Below, piece by piece: positions 52,095-64,000 of a DNA stretch of 64,000 nt. Each line of letters opens with the position of its first letter. Position 1 is the stretch's first letter. Position numbers and translations under genes: made by a program. Source of the DNA: Octopus bimaculoides (lineage: Eukaryota). A model generated the notes under the pieces. The model searched no databases and was not told the origin of the DNA. It worked only from the letters and a program-made list of their open reading frames with translations. The stretch is taken from the NCBI RefSeq assembly GCF_001194135.2, contig NC_068988.1:39654311-39718310 (forward strand), given 5' to 3'.

Positions 52095-53002
52095 TATAGG
52101 TTGTGGCAGAGACGACGTACGATTTTAAAAAATTCCCAAAATCATTAATTTTAATTGCAAATAAATTTTGCTGACATCAATGTGTCTGTATTGAATTAGC
52201 GCTTGTCACAATTAAGTGTGGAAAACAACATCCATCATGTGGTGTCCGTTTTCATTGATGCTTTTCTGAAGAGGGGTTTCTTGCAAGTTAGACTCCACTC
52301 TCTCCAGCATTGCTCTGTCGATTTGAGCGACTTACACACAAATAGCTTCCTTATGCGGATACACACGTGTCTTGGGGTTTCCCCACAAGAAATAATGTCA
52401 CATAGACAAATCGGGGACTGAGGGAGCCAGGGAATGTTATCAAACCAGAAAATGAGGTGGTCACCGAAGAAGGGGGCGAAGAACGTCCATTCATGCTCTG
52501 GCTGTGTGGGGTAGGCTGAAATGCAGGTCTTCATGCAAAATACATCTTATCGATCGATTACTGATACTAAGTTCAATGGAATACCTCCGAGCAGAGCCAT
52601 TTGGACTCCGTATCAAAGCTTATCTGATGCGTTCTACATTTTCCGGGGTCCGTACCGAAAGTGGCGCCACCACCAGTCTCCTATTCATTAGCATACCTTG
52701 TGTAAAAATGTGCATTCACTCAACGTAAGATTGTGTTACGGGTGCGAACAGCGTGATTTCGGTGAATTTTGAAGTGGCACCGAAACTCACGCTGAGCTGC
52801 TGTGACACTCGTTATTCTTCACGTAACTGTCATAGGCAAACACGCGATCCTTTATCGTCCACAGCACCAGCGCTTCACCTGAACAGAAAAAAGAATGCTA
52901 AGACGCCACGGACCGAAATGTACTTGTTGGACATATGTCCTTCCCACTGGGGCTGAGTTGTAGTTATTTCAAAAACATCCATCCTCTCTACCCCACCCCG
53001 TA
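52095..53002 (-). mobile_element. Internally deleted Tc1/mariner element with both TIRs (same family as 31832)
   Basis: Degenerate TIRs of about 35 bp with TA at the ends. N-terminus DRVFAYDSYVKNNE...RTPENVERIR...DLHF is joined directly to FG-HLI...WLPQSP...; the central DD region is absent. Confidence 0.88.
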
Positions 53003-54626
53003 GTATATATGTGAGAAGATTTTTACTCTTAACGCGATTGTCAAGTCGAATCATTTGACAACGCTGGGAGTTCGAATCTGAGAGGCAGTACACACACACA
53101 CACATACACACACAAGGGTTTCCGCACAGTTTTAGCCTATCAAGTACGAAAATATATATAATAGATGAAACTTGCTAAATCTTCCGTAGAATGTGATTGA
53201 ACCCGCAACCACACGGTTGTTGTGCTCCTGGATATTATTCTTATGTTACTTAGGTCAACATGCAGGCCACTAAAATAAAATATATGCAGTCTCAATTAAA
53301 GCGTACTCTGCCATCAAATCCTACTTCCTGCTATACGAAGACTTCATTGGACTGTGTAGTTCTAAAGACTTCATATCTAAAAATAAATAAATAAATAAAT
53401 ATAGAAATGATGAGATCGTATGATCACAGCAGGAACTCTGATCGGTTAATTGTCTTTCAATCAATGCTGAGAAGATGTAGACTGCAGTAGCACAAACAAC
53501 AACAACTGTGACATAGATTTATAGAAAAGATACTAAATATAAAAGGAGTATAGACATTCGAAACATTATTAAAATTTGTTCACTTAAATTGATCAAGTAT
53601 GTAGGAAGTGGAGGAAGTTACTTTGAAGTAGCTACAATCAAGATGGAGACTGTAAAAACTGTACAAAGAATATTGAAAAATGCGTTAATTGTTTATTGGT
53701 GTCTCTTTGGGTCAAGTTCACATTACTTGATAAAGAAACAGTTAGAGATGAGTCAAAGAGTGAACCTTTCTATGTTCTGTTGACCTGCTAGAAATGGTAG
53801 TAAAATTCTCACAATTCATACTGTACTCTTTTATAACAATAAAAAAAAATGCACTGAATGATATCATCATAGATATATTATTCCCGAATCTTAAAAAAAA
53901 ATGGAATTGCCATAGCTCCAATACCTTTGTCAATTTATATGCTTGGTGAATGCTTATCTAGAGACAGTAATGGAAATAAATTTTAGGAACTAGGAGTAAG
54001 AGAAGGGCTGTGAGATTAAAATTAAGGAGAATGATTAAACGTTTAAAATGACCACTCTGATAAAACAGAGAACCTCCATTCCCAAGGTATTCCCAAAGTA
54101 TTCCCTGAACAAGTAGTAGCAGATATACAACAATGCTTTAGCTTTCTACAATAGATATTTTATATAGATTCCATACTGAATCTATATAAAATGTTTCAAT
54201 AGACCTAATGCAGTTTCAATAAGTCTGTCTCAAAAGCTGACGTTAAAAACAATTCCCTTTATATTAATACAGGTACAATGCTGACGTTTCTGGCATTGGT
54301 GGTCTGGAACCTCTTAGAACCTACACTAATATACAAGCAGGAATTTCAAATTTTTGTAATCGTAGACTAGTTTACTGTGCTGCCCTTATTAGCAACAGCG
54401 ATGAACCCCTTAGCTACAGCAATGCAGCACCCAGGGGCATCGCGCGCACACACACACATTCACTCACGCGCGAACATATGCGAACACATGCACACACACA
54501 TGAATACACAAACATACACAAGCCTGCTGATTTTTAATGCGTACTCGCTCCTCCATTTCAATGAAAGAATTACGCGTTTCAGGTTTTTAAATGCATACTT
54601 GAATACATTTCAATATATACTTGTAC

Positions 54627-54840
54627 AAGGCAGTGAGCTGGTAGAATCGTTAGCAAGCCAGGCAAGATGTTTTGCAGCATTTCATCCACCTTTACATTTT
54701 GAGTTCAAATTTCATCGAGGTCGACTATGTGTTTCATTCTGACGCAGTCGATAAAATAGGTTCCAGTGAGAACTAGGTTTGATTTTATTGACTTCTGCTC
54801 TCCCCCGTAATTGCTGGCATTGTGCCAATATTCTAAACCC
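54627..54840 (+). mobile_element. SINE family A (degenerate)
   Basis: AAGGCAGTGAGCTGGTAGAATCGTTAGCA...GAGTTCAAATT...GAGGTCGACT. Confidence 0.85.
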
Positions 54841-55583
54841 TTATATATTTTACATTTGCCAAGACCAAATAAAAACAACAACACGGGAACAGATTTTTGA
54901 AAGTAAAAATTAAATACATAATCCAAATGGAGGAGGAGGCGGCTAAAATGAAGTAACGAATCAAAATGAGCTCATGTGCATTCTTTTAATTTGCATATAG
55001 TAGACTTAAAATTTATGCGACGCAGTTAGTTTTATTGAAAACCATTTACAGATTCAAACTGAGAATTTTTGAAAATTACATAAGATCAAGAAATTATGAA
55101 TTTCAGCAAAAAACTTCTAGGAATAACCAATTACATTGAATAAACACGTGAGAGAATATATAACTCGGTATATCCTGTAGGTAGGCTGAAAGTTCATGAT
55201 AATAAACTGAATTGAAATTTAACATAGATATCAGACCTAAAGCTAGTTAATTTGAAAGAAGCAAATTATCAAGTTATATACCAAACAAAATTCTAAACTT
55301 TAAACTGGTATCAATTAAGACTAATTTATAAGATCTAGTGGCAAGCTACTGTACAGAGAGAAGGAAACTAGCAAAAAATATACATAAATGATATTAAAAA
55401 TTGTTATATTCATATCTTGACACTGGCAATTAAGATGAAATGTAGTAAATTGAAATGAAAAATGAGCTACTATATTTATATAAGAGTAATGCAGTAAGAT
55501 AACTAGGTCAGTCTGGATAGGTGTTGCGCATGTGTATCAGAGAAAGTAGGAGAGGTAGAGAAAGAGAGAAGCAGAGAGGAAGA

Positions 55584-55658
<75 letters not shown>

Positions 55659-56617
55659 AAATATATAGTGAAAAAGGGAGATTTTGATAAGAGCATGGCG
55701 ACATAATTCCGCCTTACATCAGCAAAACAATAATGTTCTAAACTCAATCTTCTCACGAAGATCGCTTATTGAAAAGTGTCAAGGTTCCTACCAATCCAAA
55801 GTTTCACAATATCTGATTATATCCAATGACGAGTACATGCACATTGCTTTGTATACTCTAAAGATTAGACTCTCATTTAGAGACTGATAGTATATGGTTA
55901 TCATCGCTGGTTCGGTGTATAATCTGAGTCTTGTCAGGAATGTAAAATAGACGTCCCTGAAGCGATTTCATAAGGCGGAAACACATGTTAACTTTAAAGG
56001 TCAAGTATACTCCAGTCTCTATTGTGTATATTTTCCGAAAGGTTCAATCAAGAGACCATTTAGACATCATCAGGCTTTCTTTCTTATTTTAGACATTAAA
56101 CGCCTCTAAAGTAAGTTTAAATATATTCTTTTACTAATTATCACGATAAAATCCTTGAAGCAACTTTCTTTACATCATACTATGTTACATAGACACAACC
56201 TACGTTTGTATTACGTATGTAGAACACGTCCATGAAGTATTTTCCCTTGCCATATTCGTATGTTGTGCACAAATTTTCATATTTACAACACTGATTCTGC
56301 TTACAAAACGAAAATTCTAGGCTGCATTCCAAAGAAGACCGTTCAGTTGATTGGTAGACATTCAATCACCAATGCAATAGATCCACTGGTGTACATACGT
56401 AGAGTTCCTATTTCTCTTTGTTTCTTCAAATTTCTTTCTTATAAATGTACAGAGAGAAGTGATTAAATGATTGGTTGGTACTGCGATGTGAATGTTCCTT
56501 TCTTAACTCTATGATCCATATATATATATATTCGCAAAAAAACATAAGACGAAGACAGGTGGTGTAGGCAACAAACAGAGGTATTAGTTTAACGCTCGGG
56601 AAGTGAAAAAGTATATA

Positions 56618-56671
<54 letters not shown>

Positions 56672-57442
56672 NNNNNNNNNNNNNNNNNNNNNNNNNNNNN
56701 NNNNNNNNNNNNNNNNNNNNNNNNNNNNNNNNNNNNNNNNNNNNNNNNNNNNNNNNNNNNNNNNNNNNNNNNNNNNNNNNNNNNNNNNNNNNNNNNNNNN
56801 NNNNNNNNNNNNNNNNNNNNNNNNNNNNNNNNNNNNNNNNNNNNNNNNNNNNNNNNNNNNNNNNNNNNNNNNNNNNNNNNNNNNNNNNNNNNNNNNNNNN
56901 NNNNNNNNNNNNNNNNNNNNNNNNNNNNNNNNNNNNNNNNNTATATATATATATATATATGGAGAGTGAAATAGAGAGAGATAGAGAGAGAGAGAGAAAG
57001 AGAAATAAAGAGAGGGTAGGATAATTGATGTTCGGTGATCGGTTCTTTGTCGCCTACGAAGGAATGAAAGGCAAAATTGACTTTCCCGAATTTCGAACTC
57101 AAAGTGTAAAGAACCAAAAGAAATACGAACAAAAATTATATTGACCTCGTATAGGTCCATGCGTTACTATTCTGGAAGATCTGCAGACATCGCTAACGTC
57201 CTATCACCCGAGAATAAAAGATAAGACAAAAACGTTCATACTGAGGTTTTGATCAAATAAGGTTTACAGAACAAATCGTATACAGGCTACATCCCATAGG
57301 AATGTTCCAAAGACACGCAGAGGTAAGAACTTAATAAAAGCGGCACGCTCGAGTAACTTTGATTGTCTTCTACACCTAAGCAAAATATATATTTTAGTGC
57401 CGCAAATCAAGACATGGGCGCAATATTACGTTGCTGCAATGC

Positions 57443-57577
57443 AAGACGGCTAGCTGAGGGAATCGTTAGCACGCCTGGAAAAAACATAGCGGCATTTGGT
57501 CTATCTTTACGTTCTGAGTTCAAATACCACCAAGGTTGAGTTGCCTTTGGTATGAATAGGAATAAGTACTAGTGAAA
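57443..57577 (+). mobile_element. SINE family A (3'-deleted)
   Basis: GAATCGTTAGCACGCC...CTTTACGTTCTGAGTTCAAAT. Confidence 0.8.
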
Positions 57578-57949
57578 CCAATATTACGTTTGCTATCATC
57601 CTTTCATACAGGAAATGAGGTAAAAGGGATTTGAACTTTTAATTGTCCCAAGTGAATAGAAAAGACTCCGGATGCGTATGAAATTAGAACATAAAGAATC
57701 AAAATTAATTAACGCGCGACAGTAATTTATTACATACGAAGTTCCTCAGGGCTGGGGATATAAATAAGGAAATCCATGTTGCGGCATGGATTTGAATAAA
57801 TCTTGGCTTTCATAAGACTTCTCTCTTTGTACATGTGCACACACACGCGCACGCACCCCACATACAGACACATGTATATATCTAATGTGTGTATACAACA
57901 AATACATATATATGTCTGATTACATATGTACACATATGTATGTATATAA

Positions 57950-57955
57950 ATGTAC

Positions 57956-58043
<88 letters not shown>

Positions 58044-58140
58044 ATATATATGTGCGTGTGTACATACACACATATATATACGTGTCTGTGTCCCTACGTG
58101 TGTGTGTGTGTGTGTGTGTGTGTGACCACGTGTGTGTATG
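57950..58140. repeat. (TA)n/(GT)n microsatellite complex
   Basis: Read directly from the sequence. Confidence 0.95.
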
Positions 58141-58433
58141 TCTGTGTGCATGCTTATGTGTGAGCATATTTGCCAGTGTATGTATGTTTGTTTGTTTGTT
58201 TATGCGTGTGTGTGTGTGTGCGTGTACGTGTGTGAGTCTTGTGAATCTACCGTCCTGAGTACTCGCTGTTAGTTCCAGTTAAATATAACTTTTATAATGA
58301 TATTTGTATGCTGCAATTTTTTGTGCTCCGATTATCAGCAAATGTTCAATTACTGCTTTACGACTTGCTTAAAGAAAATAACCTTATTTTAACACATATA
58401 TACGCATACGTATACACGCTCAAGCACAAGCAT

Positions 58434-58483
<50 letters not shown>

Positions 58484-58859
58484 ACACTCATACACATTCA
58501 CGAACGCACAAACGCGCACACACACACGCACACATATATGTAGTCACACTAGCAATTAACTAACATGCATATGAATATATAGCCTTGCAGGTTCCGGCAT
58601 TGAGAAAGTTTTAAGAAGGTTCATGGCTTCCCTAATTTGTTTTTTCAATTTCTCTTTTCATTCATTTCGATATGATATTTGAGAAAAAAAATATTAATAA
58701 AACAAACTGAGGAAGTAATATCTGCAGCTTTTCGTTTATCTTTATTAATAAAATAAGAAAAAAATATATACTGGAACCTCAGGGTATTTTATGAACACAC
58801 ACCCACACACGCACACACAGAAATGTTTATATAGAATTATATATATGCATATGTATGTA

Positions 58860-58862
58860 TGC

Positions 58863-58906
<44 letters not shown>

Positions 58907-58907
58907 G

Positions 58908-58939
<32 letters not shown>

Positions 58940-59120
58940 TTATCAATCTTTATATATAAGGCTTCAGGCTATAATTGACTCGGTTGGCCTTCGTTAATAT
59001 TTCTGAGTTGATTTTGCATTAAAATGAATAGGAATTGAAAATCTTATTTTACACATAACTCTCTTTCTCTCTTTCTCTCTCTCTCCCTCTCTCTACGTAT
59101 ATACTTATATACATACACAC

Positions 59121-59166
<46 letters not shown>

Positions 59167-59268
59167 CTATATATACATATACATGCATATATATATATAT
59201 ATATAATATACATGTGCGTGTATATATATACATATATACATACATGCGTATATATATTTATACATACA

Positions 59269-59307
<39 letters not shown>

Positions 59308-59390
59308 TACACCTACACACACTATACTACGCATACAAGCACATACACACACACACACACACAAACATACACACACATACTATATTACAT
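58860..59390. repeat. (TATC)/(TTTC)/(TC)/(TA)/(CA) microsatellite cluster
   Basis: Read directly from the sequence. Confidence 0.9.
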
Positions 59391-59860
59391 TATTATCTTT
59401 TTGTGTATCTGTTTAATTTGTAGTTATGCATACGAACGGAAATACACATATATACCTGTGTATATATTGAAATATTTATGTGCGGTATATATACTTACAT
59501 ATAGTTCATAGCGCGATATATTTATACGCACTCATACAAATTTTACATGTGTATATATCTATATAATCTTGCATATTCTATTCTGTTTCGGAGGCTATGT
59601 AATATATAGTTTAGTACATGCTGCCCAGAAATATACGTGCTTGAAAAGTTGAACAACGAAAGGGCTTACACTCGAAATACTCATACGAATAATTCTTGTC
59701 CATATGTTTGTGATAGTCTGTTAGGTTTTTAAAATTATATTTTGTAACAGTAAATAACATTAAAATAGCTTTCTTTGAATATTGTGAGTGTGTCAAGTAT
59801 TTTTCGCACATGAACACAAACGCGCGCTTGCATACAAACACACACACGCGCGAACACACT

Positions 59861-59950
<90 letters not shown>

Positions 59951-61104
59951 CACACACACAAGGCTGCGAGGTAAGGAGCTTGCTTCGTAAACACGTGATT
60001 TGAAGCTTAGTCGAATTGAAGAAGACAGCCATGTATATATATTCCTGTGCGAATTAAACATTTCTTCAGAACCCATCGATATTATAAACTCTTCAATTTC
60101 CACAATATCAACGTCACTGAAACTTGTTAGACTACATCACTTCCAAGTATTGCGCCTTATTGATGCTGACGCATGGCTACATAGTCTCCATTCAATACCG
60201 CGGTGTAACAGCTTAGATTTTACTAACTACTTACTTGGAGAATCCTGCGTCTGAAATGCTGTAGTTTATAGACTCACTCAAACCATTCGACTGCATTACA
60301 AACACTACACAAGCGTGATAGCCACTAATTTAAAATTTAGGTGAGGAAGGTACATATACCACATGCAACCAATCAAGTGCATGGTTAATAGAAACACCAT
60401 CTCGTTGTCCTCTTTCGTCGGGAGATTCCGTGGCCATCGTAAGGACTTCTCCAACATAAAAGTGGAGCAGCAGCCACTGGCAGCTGATAATTCAGATATA
60501 CCACCATTGGCCTCACCATCTCACAAACAAAGGCAGAGTTTTTAGTCCCTGCCATCCGTAGTATACAGCCCCCACGGTATGGCCCCGCACCTGTTGAACA
60601 TCTAGCCTCAGTTATAACCCAACACCATCAAATGACAATCCTTCCTCGTAAAGACTCTTACCTTCGGTACTTTAATATTCCGGTGAAAGACAAAGACGAC
60701 TTAGCAACTAACCTGTTCCATCTTCTCGTTCTACTACTTGCGATATCCAGTGCATAGAACGGATGTCACTGAAAACACTATTCGCTAACTTACCACAAAA
60801 ATGACACCAGCATTCTGTCAATATCCTCTCCAAACACGTAAGCCTAACAATAAATAAAATTGATGATGTTGCTTTCATTGCAGTAACACCACATGACCTA
60901 ATGTGACCAAAAGAGCTCTTACATATAAAAGCCATCATTAATTTGTCTCACATCTCTCATTCTTTTAATATCTGATATTACATCATCGGTAGAATGAACA
61001 GCTGCCTACACGCTAATTTAATAATCAGATAGTTTTCTTGAAACAACTGAATATTCAACACCGAAACGTTATGAATTCATTTTTACTTTATGTATCTCTC
61101 TCCC

Positions 61105-61157
<53 letters not shown>

Positions 61158-61440
61158 NNNNNNNNNNNNNNNNNNNNNNNNNNNNNNNNNNNNNNNNNNN
61201 NNNNNNNNNNNNNNNNNNNNNNNNNNNNNNNNNNNNNNNNNNNNNNNNNNNNNNNNNNNNNNNNNNNNNNNNNNNNNNNNNNNNNNNNNNNNNNNNNNNN
61301 NNNNNNNNNNNNNNNNNNNNNNNNNNNNNNNNNNNNNNNNNNNNNNNNNNNNNNNNNNNNNNNNNNNNNNNNNNNNNNNNNNNNNNNNNNNNNNNNNNNN
61401 NNNNNNNNNNNNNNNNNNNNNNNNNNNNNNNNNNNNNNNN

Positions 61441-61517
<77 letters not shown>

Positions 61518-62536
61518 TACACACCAGCAGCAACTCCAAAATATTTGAGGATTGTGAAAAACCTCGTTCTCTAATTCCCTTGTATGACTATATCTATTAA
61601 AGAACTAACTTAAAAGCTGCACTCCGTGCGGACTCTTGAGCTCGCTCCTGCGGAGGGCTAATTGGACTTGTGGCCCAAAACTAAAGTGAGCTAAATAGCA
61701 TGACTGTTATACGCCTATAATGACTATATGCCCCGGTGGTGTTTGATCAGAGTTTAATGACGGGTGAGAATTAATTCTGTTATGCAATCATTCTTTTGTT
61801 CCAGTTCCAAGTTGAATTCCGACTACTGGCCAATTTGTCCCAAAGTTCTTACCTCGACGTAAAATTAACGAAGCGAATGTCATTTATCTCCCCCTTGATC
61901 TCTGACTTCATCTGACAAACGTCAACCAAGTTGGCGTGAATCAGCCAAGCTCTACCTGCTAGAAATAGCAACCCAAATTCTTTTAAATAAAATCCCAATG
62001 CTGTATGTTTAAGAACCAAAACAAAAGCAGATTTTCAATCCCCAAATCTTCCTGACTCCAATAACATATACGTCTATGTAGAGCAAATGTAGACTTAGAT
62101 ACAGGAGTCCCGGTTAGACAGAATTCAGCGTTTATTAGTATTGAAGATTTTAATATGGTATCCTTTTTTTCTCATCTTGTGAAGATATTACTCTTCGTTG
62201 TAAATAATATATACGTTTATCCATGTATGCATATGTGACTGCTATATGTAGCAAGCAACTCTGTACAAACTGATGTGTGGTCGGTTTGTCGGTACCTAAA
62301 CTGGCAACCCTATCAACCTTGCGTAATAGAGAAAGTGGCTGTTGTTGAACTCCTTACAAGACGAAAACAAAACACGTCAAAAGGCGGATGAACTCAATTG
62401 AGCCAACAGCCCGTAATTAGCTGGAGGAGACATCTTGTTCATAGAAGGAAGACTCTGATGCAACGTCTGCGAATTCGTTTGTATCCGGTGGTGCAGACTG
62501 CTTCTTCCCTTCACGCCAATGCATACCTTGTTGAGA

Positions 62537-62627
<91 letters not shown>

Positions 62628-62757
62628 GAATGTAAAGAGAAATAGAGAGTGAGTGACCGAGAGAGACTAGCCCTATGCAAGACCTTTCCTCACTTTAAAG
62701 ATCTTCAAGCACAAGCATCGCCTGATATTTAACAATTTAACACCTATATTAATATCT

Positions 62758-62925
62758 AGGCGCAGGCGTGGCTTTGTATTAAGAAGTTTGCTTCCCAAAC
62801 ACATAGCTCTGGGTTCATTACCACTACGTGGCAAACCGCGCTAATGTCTTCTATAGCCTCGGGTTGACCCAATGTCTTATGAGTGGATTTGGTAGACGGA
62901 AACTAAGAGAAGACCGTCGTATTCA
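62758..62925 (+). mobile_element. SINE family B 5' half
   Basis: AGGCGCAGGCGTGGCT...CTATAGCCTCGGG...GGATTTGGTAGACGGAAACT. Confidence 0.85.
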
Positions 62926-63240
62926 CACAGACACAGACACACACACACAAACGCACAGACACACACACGCATATATATATGTATATGTATCTATGTGTGT
63001 GTGTCTTCAATGAAAGTTTCCATGATAGAATGAAACTAGGCGTCAGCGTTGCCGGAGAGAAAACTCACATTTGTGCTGCTAATGTTTCAGGGACTAATCA
63101 AACGATGACATTTCACGAAATTGACCTTATGTTATTTGTGTATGTGTGTGTGTGTGTATATATGTATGTATTCAAGTATGTATTCGTGTATGTATACATA
63201 TATGTGTGTATATACGTGTGCATACGAATATAAATGTACA

Positions 63241-63505
63241 TGTATCTCTCTCTCTCTATCTCTCTTTCTCTATCTCTCTCTCTCTATCTATCTCTCTATA
63301 TCTCTCTCTATATCTCTCTCTCTCTATCTGTCTCTCTCTATGACTCTCTCTCTGTCTGTCTCTCTCTGTGTCTGTCTCTCTGTCTGTCTGTCTTTCTCTC
63401 TGTCTGTCTCTCTCTCTGTCTGTCTCTCTCTCTGTGTCTCTGTCTGTCTGTCTGTCTGTCTCTCACTGTCTGTCGGTCTGTCTCTCTCTCTATATATATA
63501 AATAT

Positions 63506-63546
<41 letters not shown>
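63241..63546. repeat. (TC)/(TGTC)/(CA) microsatellite mosaic
   Basis: Read directly from the sequence. Confidence 0.95.
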
Positions 63547-63550
<4 letters not shown>

Positions 63551-63862
63551 CATGCACGCACATTTATATATATGCACATATCCCAAATTCCATATATATA
63601 TGTGTGTGTGTATACCTTACATGAACACATAAAAGTGACTTTAGGCTGTATGATTCGATGTTATTCAAGCTTTTTGAATTGCATTTGAAACTTGGCTTCT
63701 AAACGCATACTTTTTGAAATTTGAAAGTTATCTTCCTTCCGGTGTTTGCACATATTTATCCAATTAGTCTTTTATATATATATACAAGCAGATAAGTCCG
63801 GTTTCAACCGGTCTGTTTGTATGATGTGGCTGTGATCGTTTTCGATTAGGCATAATCTATAA

Positions 63863-64000
63863 CAGCGTTTCTCAACCTTATCCTTTCAGGTCCCCGGTTT
63901 CGATTGGAGCCTCCAGCTGTAAGAAAATTTCCTGATCCCCCCCCACTTGTCAGAAAACAGCTTTAGGAGTTGTGAAGAACGAATTTGTACGTAGTCTGTT
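63863..64000 (+). mobile_element. Possible hAT-Charlie MITE left end
   Basis: CAGCGTTTCTCAACCT resembles Charlie TIRs and follows ATCTATAA (Charlie targets are NTCTAGAN-like); no clear right TIR inside the window. Confidence 0.4.

Noticed and set aside
60630-60900. Either an APE-endonuclease start (LTFGT-NI) on plus, or small exons (AYVFGEDIDRMLVSFL) on minus
   Set aside because: The two readings are mutually exclusive and both weak; neither can be supported without homology or RNA data.
62290-62520. Segment resembling RTE-element 5'UTRs
   Set aside because: The resemblance is from memory only, and no ORF or second copy is present in the window.

Overview
AT-rich, repeat-dense animal genomic DNA from a draft scaffold with 8 N-gaps. 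The SINE families and the microsatellite load look like an octopus genome (inference; no search was run). I can support no intact host gene, rRNA, true tRNA or CRISPR array; most entries in the ORF track are translations of microsatellites or N-gaps. The window holds about 30 copies of four tRNA-derived SINE families (here called A-D). It also holds three L1/Tx1-like pieces, two decayed Penelope-like elements of different types, three R4/Dong-like RLE-LINE 3' fragments, four Tc1/mariner remnants, a Mutator-like MITE and many microsatellites. The most interesting signal is a possible three-tier retroelement system sharing one 3' tail. Its parts are a young ORF2-bearing L1/Tx1-like LINE embedded in (TATC)n, an apparently full-length ORF1-only (HAL1-like) element with no ORF2, and a dimeric SINE whose first monomer carries the same tail. 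SINE boundaries are approximate (+/-10 nt) unless a target-site duplication (TSD) is given.
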